Assembly (NCBI GenBank): GCA_039815185.1
Contig: JBCBZT010000010.1
Location: 32,001-96,000 of the forward strand
DNA from: Cyanobacteria bacterium P01_A01_bin.123
Lineage (GTDB): Bacteria > Cyanobacteriota > Cyanobacteriia > Phormidesmidales > Phormidesmidaceae
Reading direction: 5' to 3'
Length of the DNA stretch: 64,000 nucleotides
The notes below the pieces were generated by a model. It made no database searches. It had not been told where the DNA came from and was given only the letters and a program-made list of their open reading frames with translations. Below, one piece after another: positions 20,960-32,069 of the stretch (position 1 is the stretch's first letter; each line of letters opens with the position of its first letter). Both the position numbers and the translations under genes were made by a program.

Positions 20960-22744
20960 TTAGTCTCCCCTAACGATTCCCTCCCGACGCGGATCCGCAC
21001 CTCCCTCCAGTCCATTCGGTGTCACCACAATGCCGTGCAACCCACTATTCAAGTCTCGAACGCTGACGGTGTAACCCAACGCTTCTAGTTCAGTCGCTTC
21101 AGCAGCTGCAATTGTATCCTGCTCTAGATCGTAGGTGCCAAACCGATTTACCCGGTGGGGGAGATCAATTGCAGCTTGAATATCGAGTCCCCAATCGAGG
21201 TGGGCAATCAAAGTTTTAGCCACGTAACCGATAATGCGGCTACCCCCCGGTGAACCCACCACAAGATAGAGATCGTCGTTGCCATCCAAAACAATTGTGG
21301 GTGCCATTGAAGAACGGGGCCGCTTGCCCGACTCCACTCGATTGGCGACGGGCAAGCCGTCGGCTATGGGCTCAAAGGCAAAGTCAGTCAGCTGGTTGTT
21401 GAGCAGAAACCCCCGCACCATCACCCGCGACCCAAACACATTTTCAATGCTTGAGGTCATGGAGACCGCATTGCCTTCGCTATCAACAATCGATAGGTGA
21501 CTGGTGGATGGTAACTCTAGTGCGGTTCCGGAACCGAAGGACTGGGCCTCAGGTGGTGTCCCAGCAGAAACGGTTTCAAGGGCAGGGCCTTGGGGATCGA
21601 TCAAACGAGCGCGATCGCGCAAATAATCCCTATCCAACAATCCCGCCACTGGCACATCTACAAAATCCGCATCGGCCATATACACCCCCCGATCGGCGAA
21701 GGCCAATCGAGACGCCTCGCCAATCAGGTGCCAAGCTTGAGCCGAGGTTGATCCCAAAGTCGCCAGATCAAAGTGGTTGAGCATACCTAAAATTTGACCT
21801 ATCGTTAGCCCCCCCGAACTGGGTGGCCCCATACCGCAAACTTGATAGCGCCGATAGGGGATACAAACAGGGTCTCGAACTTTGGCTTCGTAGTTGGCCA
21901 AGTCATCGAGGCTCAGCAAACCGGGATTGTCAGAAACCCCTTGCACAGCCGCAACCAAGTCTGCAGCCACCGCGCCTTGATAAAACCCTGCTGATCCCTG
22001 CTCAGCAATTAGTCTCAGGGTTTGGGCGAGTTCGGGATTTTGTAGGCGATCGCCTGCCTGCAAAGGCTCGCCATCAGCGTGAAAGAAGTAGGCTTGGGTG
22101 GTGGGATAACGCCGCAGTCGGTCTTGATCTAGCGCAATTAAAGTTGCTAGACGCGGGGACACGATAAATCCGTCCTCTGCTAACTGAATGGCAGGTTCAA
22201 ACAGCTCAGCCCAAGCAAGGTTGCCATGGTGTTGATGAACCGTTTCTAAGAGCTTGACGACGCCTGGCACACCAACTGAACGGCCACCAACGACGGCATC
22301 AAAAAAGTCGAGGGGCTGACCATTAGCTTCTAAAAACAAGTCCGATGTTGCTAATTGAGGTGCGGTTTCGCGACCATCATAGGCCGTGAGTTCAGCTGCT
22401 GCTGCGTCAAAATACAGCAGGAATGCACCGCCGCCAATACCCGAAGATTGGGGCTCAACCAGGTTGAGGACGATCTGTGTGGCAATCGCGGCGTCAATCG
22501 CACTCCCCCCAGCCCGCAAAATTTTATAGCCTGCATCGACGGCGTAGGGATTGGCTGCGGCCACCATAAATGAATCTGCCCGAGTCAGCGGTTGTGCCTG
22601 ATAGCCTGTCCCTGATTCTGGCGCGATTTGCTCCGAGGGGGCCGGACTTTGTGCCCAAACGGGCAGGATAGTATGAATCCCGACGAAGCTGACCCAACTC
22701 AAAAGGGCGAGCATCAAAACTAACCCAAGCTGCGATCGCTTCAT
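20960..22744 (-). CDS. ggt: Gamma-glutamyltransferase with signal peptide
   Basis: EPQSSGIGGG, DGRETAP, STSHLSIVD autoprocessing site, RPRSSMAP, GSPGGSRI and DPRR. Confidence 0.95.
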   Translation of the reverse strand: MKRSQLGLVLMLALLSWVSFVGIHTILPVWAQSPAPSEQIAPESGTGYQAQPLTRADSFMVAAANPYAVDAGYKILRAGGSAIDAAIATQIVLNLVEPQSSGIGGGAFLLYFDAAAAELTAYDGRETAPQLATSDLFLEANGQPLDFFDAVVGGRSVGVPGVVKLLETVHQHHGNLAWAELFEPAIQLAEDGFIVSPRLATLIALDQDRLRRYPTTQAYFFHADGEPLQAGDRLQNPELAQTLRLIAEQGSAGFYQGAVAADLVAAVQGVSDNPGLLSLDDLANYEAKVRDPVCIPYRRYQVCGMGPPSSGGLTIGQILGMLNHFDLATLGSTSAQAWHLIGEASRLAFADRGVYMADADFVDVPVAGLLDRDYLRDRARLIDPQGPALETVSAGTPPEAQSFGSGTALELPSTSHLSIVDSEGNAVSMTSSIENVFGSRVMVRGFLLNNQLTDFAFEPIADGLPVANRVESGKRPRSSMAPTIVLDGNDDLYLVVGSPGGSRIIGYVAKTLIAHLDWGLDIQAAIDLPHRVNRFGTYDLEQDTIAAAEATELEALGYTVSVRDLNSGLHGIVVTPNGLEGGADPRREGIVRGD

Positions 22745-22926
22745 AACACCCCATGCTGTCCAAAATGAATTTCAAATCGAAGTCTCCCTTGCCGTCGTCA
22801 ACTGATTTTATAGCAGTTGCTAACTTGATTTGGATGACCTCAAAGATAGATTCCTAAATCTCCTCAACAATCATTGAGAGAGATTGTAGGGGATCTTCAA
22901 ATTTGGATTAACGGTGCAACTGACGC

Positions 22927-23775
22927 CTATAGCTGAGCGATCAGCGCTGTCATCTCGGGGATATTGAAGAATGTTTGGGTGGCGGTCAGTAGGTCGCTGC
23001 CCCACAGGTTTTCATCTAAAAAGTCAATGTCGGCATAGCGGCTGTCTCGCTCTAGGGCCTCTGTACCCATCTCAATCGCAGTGGTGCGATCGCCTTGAGC
23101 AAAGAGTGCTACTGCGATCGCGAGTCTGGGTTCTGACTCACCGTCGCTCATTTCTAGGGCTTCCTGCCATTTTTGAATCGCACCATCCACATCACCCTGC
23201 TCATAAAGCACCAAGCCGATATTATTGACCGCAGGCCAAAAGTCTTCTTCTAAATCAGCGGCTTGCTGATATCGAGCGATCGCGTCTTCATAGCGCTCTA
23301 GCTTGTAATAGGCATTACCTAAATCAAATAATGCCCCTGGGTTATCGGCTTCAAGTTGTAAGCCAGCTTCCAAAGAGTTGGCCGCCTGCAAATATTGCCC
23401 TTGGCGAAAATAGACAGTTCCCAAGGCAAACAGTACCGGGATATTGTCAGATTCAAGGCTTTTGGCGCGTTCTAGAGCAGTCGCAGCATTATCTAAGTCC
23501 TCAATCTGGAGATAAAGACTCCCGAGCAAACCCCATACGTTAGCGTTATCTGGCAACAGCTGAGTGGCTAATTGAGCCCGTGATAGCGCTGCTTGGACTT
23601 GCTGAAACTGGGCGAGTTGAGCGGCTTCACTGGCGAGTTGTAATCCTGCTTGGTCAAGCTGATCTTGATCCAAGGGCAAGGTGTAGGGCAACAGCGCTTG
23701 GGAAAAGGCCGGACGCTGAGTCCCCAGAAACGTAGCCGCAATCAGCAAAGAAACAATATAAAGACGCTTCAGCAC
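22927..23775 (-). CDS. Exported TPR protein
   Basis: Signal peptide plus several TPR repeats. Confidence 0.85.
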   Translation of the reverse strand: MLKRLYIVSLLIAATFLGTQRPAFSQALLPYTLPLDQDQLDQAGLQLASEAAQLAQFQQVQAALSRAQLATQLLPDNANVWGLLGSLYLQIEDLDNAATALERAKSLESDNIPVLFALGTVYFRQGQYLQAANSLEAGLQLEADNPGALFDLGNAYYKLERYEDAIARYQQAADLEEDFWPAVNNIGLVLYEQGDVDGAIQKWQEALEMSDGESEPRLAIAVALFAQGDRTTAIEMGTEALERDSRYADIDFLDENLWGSDLLTATQTFFNIPEMTALIAQL

Positions 23776-23824
23776 AGGATTCCGCTTGATAATTGAGTAA
23801 CCATTCTCTTGCAGTCAGCTTAGC

Positions 23825-24802
23825 TTATCTAGAGTCTTTTGCGGCAGCCGCTGCATTCCGCCGCCACATCTCAGGTTTAATCCGTCGCAGAGCTGAAGCA
23901 GGAAATCGTTGATTCCACTCTGCTTCAGACAAGTTAGCTAAATCTGTGAGGGCTGGCGCGACATTCCAAGGATAGGGCTGAAAATCTTCCAGGTCTGTAG
24001 ATTGGGCAAACCGCTGATTCCAGGGGCAAACGTCCTGGCAGATATCGCAGCCTGCGACCCAGCCGTTAAGGTTAGCCGCGATCGCAGGGGGTAGGGTATC
24101 ACTACGGTTTTCAATCGTGTGGTAAGCGATGCAGCGGTTGGCGTCCACGACGGTAGGGGCTCGAATCGCCTGGGTCGGGCAAGCCGCTAGACATTGGGTA
24201 CAGGTGCCGCAGTGGGCTGTATGGGGGCGATCGGCTTCCAGCACTAAATTAGTCAAAACTTCCCCCAACACGACCCAAGAGCCATAGTCGCGGGTGATCA
24301 GGTTACCATTCTTGGCGATCCAGCCGAGCCCTGCGGTCTGGGCCCAAAACTTGTCCTGCACTGGGCCCGTGTCAGCGTAATGGCGAGTTACAACGGCGAT
24401 GTTCTGGTCAGCGGCTTGGGCTGTTAACCATTGGGCCAAGGCTTTGAGCCGTTTCTGCAAAATTTTGTGGTAATCACGTCCCCAGCCGTAGCGGGCAATT
24501 TTGCCGTATGCGGCATCATCCGGTCGTTCATGGGGGGTGTAATAGTTGAGCGCCACACAAATGACTGAGCGCACCGCAGGCATCACCTGACGAATGTTGT
24601 GCCGCTTGGGGTTATGCATCCAGGCCATGTCAGCGTCATAACCCTGGTTGAGCCAGTGCAGTAGCGCGGCTTGGGTGGCAGCTTCATCGGGCGGCAATGC
24701 AGCATCAGAATCCAGGGGTTCAACCCGAGCAATACCCACTTTCTGAAATCCCAGTTCCAGGGCTTTTTGCTTGACTTGCGGCGCGGTAATGGGTGTGACC
24801 AT
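23825..24802 (-). CDS. queG: tRNA epoxyqueuosine reductase
   Basis: RYGWGRDYH, DTGP, CGTCTQCLAACPT and GCDICQDVCPWN. Confidence 0.95.
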   Translation of the reverse strand: MVTPITAPQVKQKALELGFQKVGIARVEPLDSDAALPPDEAATQAALLHWLNQGYDADMAWMHNPKRHNIRQVMPAVRSVICVALNYYTPHERPDDAAYGKIARYGWGRDYHKILQKRLKALAQWLTAQAADQNIAVVTRHYADTGPVQDKFWAQTAGLGWIAKNGNLITRDYGSWVVLGEVLTNLVLEADRPHTAHCGTCTQCLAACPTQAIRAPTVVDANRCIAYHTIENRSDTLPPAIAANLNGWVAGCDICQDVCPWNQRFAQSTDLEDFQPYPWNVAPALTDLANLSEAEWNQRFPASALRRIKPEMWRRNAAAAAKDSR

Positions 24803-24855
24803 AGAGACTGCCTAAATTCCCGCCCATGGGGCACGGGTTCGATATCCGGTAACGC

Positions 24856-25416
24856 CTATGGATTTAAGGGCGCAACATTAACCCGCCTGGGGTCACCGCG
24901 ACGAAGGACGCGAGTATTTTGAATAATTGTGTTGGAGTAGCTTGGCGTCACCGCTCCAGGATGATTGTGGATAACGACACCGGAATACCCATAAGCACTG
25001 GGATGACGATAAACCTGGGGATTGGTAATCACCAGTGTCGATTGCCCCCCGTTCACAGAGTATGTGGTGGTGCTGTATGTGGTTTGAGGGAACCGATAAG
25101 TCGTCGAATAAGGGGGATAACCATGGTGGCCCCGATGGTGAGGTGTACCAAGAGAGAGACCAAAGCCAGGGGTTTGAATCGTGAGTCTACCATTGCCACC
25201 AACTACCACTACCCCATCGGCTTGGGCCGGTTGACTGCCCAGCGTGGTCATTAAAGCCACAGCGGATATCAACGCAGCACTTAAGATGGTTAGCGTAGTG
25301 ATAGGGGACTGCTGCTTTGTCTGAAGCCGTTGCTTTGCAGCTATCTCAGCGGGCCGAGCTGCCAGGCCTGAAGCGTTTTGGGCGATAGGGATGTTAGCCA
25401 TGGATCTGGGTCTCAA
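24856..25416 (-). CDS. Hypothetical exported low-complexity protein
   Basis: Signal-like segment ending PAQA; rich in Thr/Tyr/His/Gly. Confidence 0.55.
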   Translation of the reverse strand: MRPRSMANIPIAQNASGLAARPAEIAAKQRLQTKQQSPITTLTILSAALISAVALMTTLGSQPAQADGVVVVGGNGRLTIQTPGFGLSLGTPHHRGHHGYPPYSTTYRFPQTTYSTTTYSVNGGQSTLVITNPQVYRHPSAYGYSGVVIHNHPGAVTPSYSNTIIQNTRVLRRGDPRRVNVAPLNP

Positions 25417-25539
25417 ACTCTAAGGAACGTCACTCGAATCAGTTGCCAAGGATTGATATTAGTAGACGCTTGACCTTTCCTCTAGCATAGCCAGTTTTTT
25501 AGAATCAATGAGTATGGTGTTACGTAGGCAAACAGACTC

Positions 25540-26154
25540 GTGAGTTCTGAACAATTTAGTGATGCGACCCCCAATGCTTCCCCGCCGGAACCGCTCCAGC
25601 CAGCTTCTTCCTTGACGTCGAACGATGATACAGAAAACCTGGATACTGCCAAGGTAGAATTTGCAGCCGGGCTAGATGCGTTTGAGCGGGGTAATTACCG
25701 TCAGTCCATCCAGCATTTGGAGGAGGCAATGGCCCTCTCGAACCGAATCTCTCGGTTTGGGGGTGAGGTGCAGACTTGGTTGGTGAATGCTTATGCCGCA
25801 GGCGATCGCGCCCAAGATGCCGTTACCCTGTGTGAAAAGCTGAGCCGCCATCCCGATATTGAAACTCGTAAGCAGGGCAAACGGCTGCTGTATATCCTCA
25901 AAGCGCCAAAACTCAAAAGCCGCCCAGAATGGTTGACCCAAATTCCGGACTTAGACGCGATTCATGAAAATGGTAAAGATCTAACGCCGCGATCGCGGCC
26001 TGCCAATCTACCCCGACCCAATCGACGCAAAGCGCCTGATCCTGATCTCACCCCTATCGACTGGAGCCAGATTAACACGGGAGATAACGCTTTTTTGTGG
26101 CTAGCCTTGGGTGCTGCCGTCATAATTTTGGGAGGCTTGTGGTGGTTTAGTTAA
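25540..26154 (+). CDS. TPR-like protein with C-terminal membrane anchor
   Basis: AFERGNYRQSI TPR-like helices; LYILKAPKL..RPEW; C-terminal TM segment. Confidence 0.75.
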   Translation: MSSEQFSDATPNASPPEPLQPASSLTSNDDTENLDTAKVEFAAGLDAFERGNYRQSIQHLEEAMALSNRISRFGGEVQTWLVNAYAAGDRAQDAVTLCEKLSRHPDIETRKQGKRLLYILKAPKLKSRPEWLTQIPDLDAIHENGKDLTPRSRPANLPRPNRRKAPDPDLTPIDWSQINTGDNAFLWLALGAAVIILGGLWWFS

Positions 26155-26405
26155 GGCGAACATTCAATAAATTGACTCAACCCGGGCAAATCTTCAGGGT
26201 GTCTGGTGCTAGCCTTGAAAGGCTTAAATAAGCCCCTGCGCCATTGGCAACGCAGATTTAGACAGGGCTGTCAGTTGTGAATCTCACTTGGGCACACTTC
26301 AAGGGAGATGGATGTGTCAGATTTTGGGGGGTGCGATCCAAGTCAGTTGAGGCTTATCAACTGGATTACAGCGTCGCCTTACCATCATGGGTAGCACGAG
26401 ACAGC

Positions 26406-28148
26406 ATGAAGCTCTCTTCTTTATTTCAAAAAACACTCATTGGGCAAATTATTCTGTTTGGCTTGATTGCTGCCAGCATGTCTGTCGCATCAGCCTACAG
26501 TCTGCGGTGGTATCTGACCGGAGAATACACTAGCAAAGGCAGCGCGATCGCCAAAAGTGTAGCCGGCTCTCAGTCTAATCTGACGGGTACCAATGCTCCC
26601 GAAATTTTGCAAACCATCATCGATGAGTTTGCTGAAGTCAAAGGGGTGGCCTATGTAGTGGTGCTCGATGCCGACGGTAACTCGGTAGCCCATACCTTTG
26701 AGACAGAAGTGCCTAGCCAGTTTATCAAAACCCCGATCGCCAGTATTGCTGAGAATAACCCTCAAAACGATCGGGGTCTCCGCCGCTTCACCCACTCTCC
26801 CAACTTTGAAGATGCTGATGAGGATGTGGTCGTTAACTACCGCCGGGGAAGTGAGTTCGGATATACCATCAATATTGCTAAACCGATTCAAAACGGAGAT
26901 GCTGGCATTGTCCATGTGGGCATGAATCAAGCCCTGATGATTCAGCAGATTCGGGCAGCCATTAGATTTCAGCTGCTGGTGATGACGCTGCTGTTTGGGA
27001 TTAGTGTATTAGCCACCTATCTTATGGCTAACCGCATTTCCCGTCCGCTCAACCAACTCACAGATTACGCTGAACGACTCGCAGCCCGAGATTTTTCAGC
27101 CAGCGTCAACATTCGCTCCCACGATGAGATTGGACTATTGGCTCGCACCATGGAGACGATGGCCACCGATACCCAAAGCTTCATTAATCAACTCGAATGC
27201 ACCCTAGAAGAACTTAAGCAAACCCAGGCTCAACTGATTCAAAGTGCCAAGATGTCGAGTCTAGGGCAGCTGGTTGCTGGGATGGCCCACGAAATTAACA
27301 ATCCAGTCAATTTTATTGCCGGTAATATCCGCTACACGGCACGTTACGCTGAGAACTTAGTGGATTTGTTGAAACTCCATGACCGCCACAGTCAACCCTT
27401 TCATACCCAAATTGCCGAAAAGGCTGAAGATGTGGATTTGGACTTCATTATGGAAGATTTTCCAAAAGTGATTGCCTCTATGCAGGTTGGTGCCGAACGC
27501 ATTGGCGATATTATTAAATCCCTACAAAGTTTTTCCCGCCTTGACCAAGCCGAACTGAAAACCGTTAATCTCCACGATGGCCTCGACAGTACCTTACTGA
27601 TTCTCAGCAGTCGCCTCAAAAAAACCACCACCCTTAGCGCCATCAATGTGGTGAAGCAGTATGGTGATTTACCCACGATTGAATGCTATGCCGGACAGCT
27701 GAACCAGGTGTTTATGAATGTAATCGGGAATGCAATCGATGCCTTAGAAGATAAACGCCGGGTTGCAGCGAGTGCTGCATCAGAGATCCCGACCTTGACT
27801 TTGCAAACGCGACTCAAAGACGATACCGTTGAAATTCAAATTACAGATAATGGTTGCGGCATATCTGACGACGTCCGACAGCGGCTGTTTGACCCGTTTT
27901 TTACCACCAAAGCAGTGGGCGAAGGCACGGGGCTAGGGCTCTCTATTAGCTATCAAATCGTTGTCCAGCGCCACGGCGGCCAGATTGACTGTTTGTCAGA
28001 GCTGGATCAGGGCAGCACGTTTGTGATTTCGATTCCAATGGCTAAGGTAGAACCGGATCTGGAAGCAATGCCAAAAGAACCGACTCAAGCTATCCCAGTC
28101 AGCCCAGGACGTTCAATGCAGATCCCTAACACTGTATCAAATCCTTAG
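26406..28148 (+). CDS. Membrane sensor histidine kinase with HAMP domain
   Basis: Two TM segments, HAMP (DEIGLLA), AHEINNP, QVFMNVIGNAID and GTGLGL. Confidence 0.92.
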   Translation: MKLSSLFQKTLIGQIILFGLIAASMSVASAYSLRWYLTGEYTSKGSAIAKSVAGSQSNLTGTNAPEILQTIIDEFAEVKGVAYVVVLDADGNSVAHTFETEVPSQFIKTPIASIAENNPQNDRGLRRFTHSPNFEDADEDVVVNYRRGSEFGYTINIAKPIQNGDAGIVHVGMNQALMIQQIRAAIRFQLLVMTLLFGISVLATYLMANRISRPLNQLTDYAERLAARDFSASVNIRSHDEIGLLARTMETMATDTQSFINQLECTLEELKQTQAQLIQSAKMSSLGQLVAGMAHEINNPVNFIAGNIRYTARYAENLVDLLKLHDRHSQPFHTQIAEKAEDVDLDFIMEDFPKVIASMQVGAERIGDIIKSLQSFSRLDQAELKTVNLHDGLDSTLLILSSRLKKTTTLSAINVVKQYGDLPTIECYAGQLNQVFMNVIGNAIDALEDKRRVAASAASEIPTLTLQTRLKDDTVEIQITDNGCGISDDVRQRLFDPFFTTKAVGEGTGLGLSISYQIVVQRHGGQIDCLSELDQGSTFVISIPMAKVEPDLEAMPKEPTQAIPVSPGRSMQIPNTVSNP

Positions 28149-28156
28149 GAACCGAA

Positions 28157-30061
28157 TCAATTCAGCCGTTTTGAGGACGTGCCATGGACTTGAAAGCGCC
28201 AGATTTTGAGGGTTTCGTCTTGGCTACTGCTGATTAGATGGGTACCGTCGGGTGTAAACGCGATCGCAGTTATGGCCCAACCATGATTCAGCTTCAATAG
28301 CAGTTCGCCTGTGGCCAGGTGCCAAATTCTTAAGGTGCTGTCAGCGCTGCCCGTGACCAGCAGTTTACCGTCAGGACTGAGCGCGATCGCGGTAATTTCG
28401 TCCCCATGAGCATCAAGGGTGCGGCAGCGAAAGTTGTGACTGAGATTCCATAGGCTGACTGTGCCGCCTGCGCTACCGCCAACTAAGGTAATCCCGTCAG
28501 GCGTTAAGGCAAGGCTGGTGATGCAATCGCTGAGGTCGCTTAACGTCTGGAGTAAACGACCACTGGGCAAATGCCACAAGCGTACTGTGCCATCTCTGCT
28601 GCTGCTAAATAAGCGATCGCCTGCAGTGTTAATGATCAGCGCGCTAATCCAATCTTGATGCTGCACTAGCGTCACTAGTCGCTGTCGATTCACCAGATCC
28701 CAAATCGTGATTTTGCCGTCAGTGCCACCGCTGGCTAAGATTTGGGAATTGGGCGCCAGCGCGATCGTGGCAGTGCCCCAACCCTGGCTGGGTAGCGTCG
28801 CGATTAATCGGTAATGACTTAAATCCCAAAGCTTGAGGGTGCCATCTAGGCTACTGCTATAGAGGGTACGACCATCGACCCTAAAGGCGACGCTAGTCAC
28901 CTGGTCGCGGTGTCCAGCCCCAAGCCCCAACCGTTTGCGAAAGCAATGCAGACAGTCTCCGGTGGCCCAATCCCACAGGCGCACGCCATGGTCGGTACTG
29001 CCCGTGGCGATCGCCTTGCCATCTGGACTCACGGCTAGTTGATTGACCACGCTGCCCATGGGTTGATTTAGGGTGCGGAGATACTGGATATCGAGTTTGG
29101 GTAACGGTCGCGATCGCATCAAGGCTTTTCCCCCCCGCTCAGAACGGCTTAGGAATTTCTGAGCTGCAGATTTAAGGGCGGGCACAGGAGCCTGCAAATC
29201 CGCCAAGGCCTGATCTGCATGCTGATAGCGCTGGCGCAACGGACGACTCAGCAGTCGATCGATTAGCTGCCCCAATTGCCCGCTCACCTCACCGTCTACA
29301 TAGGGTCGCCAAACCCAGCGATCTTCCCCGAGAGAATAGAGATCAAAGGGATGCTGCCCCGTCATGAGATGGATGCAGGTCACGCCCAAGCTATAGAGAT
29401 CGCTAGCAAACACCGCCTTGCCCACGGCCTGTTCGGGCGCCACATATCCGGCACTGCCAATTACCGTCCCCGTATTTTGCAGCGCCTCTGGCGACATCAG
29501 CTTAGACGCGCCAAAATCGACCAGCACATAGCGATTAGTCACCCGTTCGCGAATGATATTGGCAGGCTTAATATCACGGTGTATCAGCTGTGCCCCGTGG
29601 ATAAACTGCAGCACGGGCAACAGTTGATGCAGCAAATCACGAATCTTAGCTTCGTTAAACGGGCCTTGGTGCTGAAGCAGTTGCGCCAAGGTTGGCCCGG
29701 CGATCAAGGTTTGGATTAAATAGCTGCCATTGGCGTCTTCGCCGTAATCCAGGAGTTGAGGGATTTGGGGGTGCTGCCCCAGTTTGCGTAGCCGCTGGAC
29801 CTCTTGATGAAACCGTTGCTGAAAATTGGTTGGGTCAGCCTGAGTGCCCCCCCGCAGCAAGAGTTGCTTAATTACGCAGGCCCCATCTTCTAGCGCTTGT
29901 TCATCCTGAGCCCGAAATGTGCGGCCAAACCCGCCCTGACCAATTGCCACTAGCGGTCGGTAGCGATCGCCTACCAGCAGCCCCCTACCACAAGCCACAC
30001 AATACAAGCGGGAATCTGCATTCTCGGGGGACGGACAGGCTGGGTTGAGACAAAGCGTCAT
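28157..30061 (-). CDS. Ser/Thr protein kinase with N-terminal 4-Cys motif and WD40 propeller
   Basis: CLNPAC...CVAC, GQGGFG, HRDIKPANI, DFG, APE and about 7 WD repeats. Confidence 0.93.
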   Translation of the reverse strand: MTLCLNPACPSPENADSRLYCVACGRGLLVGDRYRPLVAIGQGGFGRTFRAQDEQALEDGACVIKQLLLRGGTQADPTNFQQRFHQEVQRLRKLGQHPQIPQLLDYGEDANGSYLIQTLIAGPTLAQLLQHQGPFNEAKIRDLLHQLLPVLQFIHGAQLIHRDIKPANIIRERVTNRYVLVDFGASKLMSPEALQNTGTVIGSAGYVAPEQAVGKAVFASDLYSLGVTCIHLMTGQHPFDLYSLGEDRWVWRPYVDGEVSGQLGQLIDRLLSRPLRQRYQHADQALADLQAPVPALKSAAQKFLSRSERGGKALMRSRPLPKLDIQYLRTLNQPMGSVVNQLAVSPDGKAIATGSTDHGVRLWDWATGDCLHCFRKRLGLGAGHRDQVTSVAFRVDGRTLYSSSLDGTLKLWDLSHYRLIATLPSQGWGTATIALAPNSQILASGGTDGKITIWDLVNRQRLVTLVQHQDWISALIINTAGDRLFSSSRDGTVRLWHLPSGRLLQTLSDLSDCITSLALTPDGITLVGGSAGGTVSLWNLSHNFRCRTLDAHGDEITAIALSPDGKLLVTGSADSTLRIWHLATGELLLKLNHGWAITAIAFTPDGTHLISSSQDETLKIWRFQVHGTSSKRLN

Positions 30062-30132
30062 GCTAACCCCATCCGATTTAAAAACTTGAGGAGAGCTGTG
30101 GGTTTAGATATGACCCAGATCTAAACGGGGGG

Positions 30133-30414
30133 TTAAGTGGGCACTAACTCACCCGGACGCAGCTTAGCCCATTTGCCCATTTCTTGCTTGAAGCTGTCGC
30201 AGCCAACGACGTCATATTCAAAGCCAAATTCATCTTCTTGTATGATCTGGTCGCCTTCAACGCGGACTTTAGGCGGCATGATGTTGGCGTTGATTGTTGG
30301 ACTCAAGGGCTCAAAATCAGGCGCATCAGTCAAATGGGGTTGTTGATGCTGTGTTTCGACCGCGTGGTAAGTAATGCAGCGATCGACATAATGGCAATTA
30401 ATGCAAATGCACAT
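30133..30414 (-). CDS. ycf34: Ycf34 Fe-S protein
   Basis: MCICINCHYVDRC, EYDVVGC and W..LRPGE.VPT. Confidence 0.9.
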   Translation of the reverse strand: MCICINCHYVDRCITYHAVETQHQQPHLTDAPDFEPLSPTINANIMPPKVRVEGDQIIQEDEFGFEYDVVGCDSFKQEMGKWAKLRPGELVPT

Positions 30415-30567
30415 GGCAAATCTGTTTCCTCAGGAATGCGATGTAGCTAAAAGCGCCTTGGGAATCTTAAAGTTAGGCATAGTGTACAAGCAGTGGCGCA
30501 GCTGTTTCTGCTACTCTAGCTCAATTTTTTAACCAAAGCTTTCCCTTCCTGGGGGAGATGTTGCAAA

Positions 30568-31911
30568 ATGAAAGGCTGCGTCGTTTATCCAAGGGTTAAA
30601 GTCCCCCTTACGTTTTCATTGCAGTTGTTAGACCATGCTCCCCTTGTCGCATCGGTATTGTCTCCGCAGACATGGCCGTTCGATTTAAAACTTTTGCCCC
30701 AGTCTGCACATTTAGTGGGGGGCAGTGTTCGTGATGCCCTATTGGGACGCCAAGCCGACTACCTCGATTTAGATTTTGTTTTATCCGATCACGCCATCGA
30801 AACCGCCCGTGCGATTGCCCATCACCATAACGCTGGGTTTGTGGTACTGGATGCCAAACACCAAATTGCCCGAGTGGTGTTTGAACAGGCTACGCTCGAT
30901 TTTGCCCAACAGGTGGGCGACAGTTTAGAAACTGATCTGCATCGGCGGGATTTTACCGTTAACGCGATCGCGTATCATCCCCATACTGAAGTTCTGCTTG
31001 ATCCCTTAGGGGGCTATGCCGACCTACAGCGACAACAGCTGAGAATGATCTCGGTTAAAAACCTGCGTCAAGATCCACTGCGGCTGTTGCGAGCTTATCG
31101 CCAAGCAGCTCAACTTCATTTCACAGTCGAGGCTAAGACCCAAGCAACCATTAAACAGTTAGCAGGCCTGTTGAGCCAGGTCGCAGCTGAGCGGGTGCGG
31201 GGTGAATTAGATGCCCTACTCAGCACCGCGGCTGGTACGCCACAGTTAAGCGTTTGCTGGCGTGACGGATTGTTGCAAAACTGGCTCCCTGACATCACCC
31301 TTGACGGGTTGCACAGACTCGCGGCCATGGATCAAGTCTACGCCCAGTTAAAAACGACGCGTCCTGCCCTGGCGCTGCCCCTCCGGGGTTGGCTCAAAGA
31401 ACAAACGATTCCAGGGATGCATCGCAGCTGGATCAAAGCGGCCAAATTGAGCCAATTGCTCACGGTGGATCTCGACCAAGCCGAAGCCACGTTGACGCAT
31501 CTCAAATACAGCCGGGCTGAACAACAGTCGGTGCTGGCTATTTTGCGCGGGATGGCATTGATCCGCCAAGGAACAAGGCTCGAGAATGGGGCATTGTCCA
31601 TCCGCGATCGCTATCGACTCTTTCAAAGTGTTGGCTCCAGTTTCTTAGGATTAGCCCTACTGGCGTTGGCCAACGGTACCGAACCCCAACTGATCGAACC
31701 GCTGATCCAGCATTATCTAAACCCGGATGATCCAGTTGCTTATCCCAAAGCTTTGGTGTCAGGGCGGGACTTGATGAAAGCGCTTGATCTCCGCCCCGGC
31801 CCTAGCATTGGAGAGTTGCTTGCGGCCATTCAACTGGCCCATGCTGAAGGTAAGCTTGACACCGCTTCAGAAGCCTTGATTTGGGCCAAGCACTGGTTGG
31901 CAGACGAATGA
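30568..31911 (+). CDS. tRNA nucleotidyltransferase / poly(A) polymerase family; start uncertain
   Basis: VGGSVRD, DLDF, RRDFTVNAIA and DPLRLLRAYR. Confidence 0.9.
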   Translation: MKGCVVYPRVKVPLTFSLQLLDHAPLVASVLSPQTWPFDLKLLPQSAHLVGGSVRDALLGRQADYLDLDFVLSDHAIETARAIAHHHNAGFVVLDAKHQIARVVFEQATLDFAQQVGDSLETDLHRRDFTVNAIAYHPHTEVLLDPLGGYADLQRQQLRMISVKNLRQDPLRLLRAYRQAAQLHFTVEAKTQATIKQLAGLLSQVAAERVRGELDALLSTAAGTPQLSVCWRDGLLQNWLPDITLDGLHRLAAMDQVYAQLKTTRPALALPLRGWLKEQTIPGMHRSWIKAAKLSQLLTVDLDQAEATLTHLKYSRAEQQSVLAILRGMALIRQGTRLENGALSIRDRYRLFQSVGSSFLGLALLALANGTEPQLIEPLIQHYLNPDDPVAYPKALVSGRDLMKALDLRPGPSIGELLAAIQLAHAEGKLDTASEALIWAKHWLADE

Positions 31912-32069
31912 ACTGACTGGATGAAATCAGCGGTCGAGACTATGCTAGAGTGAACCCTTGGACATAGTGCAAAAGCTGTGCTGCTTGTTTGCCCAATTGC
32001 CGTGGTTTTCACGGCAGGCATTCACGGCATGTGTTTCTGCTGTGTTCAGTATCTCCTAAGAGGTAAAGC

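Noticed and set aside
20830..21088. Short ORFs 20830-21015 and 20906-21088
   Set aside because: They overlap ggt and the putative 6S RNA and show no protein motifs
26155..26405. Riboswitch upstream of the HAMP kinase
   Set aside because: Some complementarity (AGCCCCTG/CAGGGCT) but no match to a riboswitch consensus I recognise
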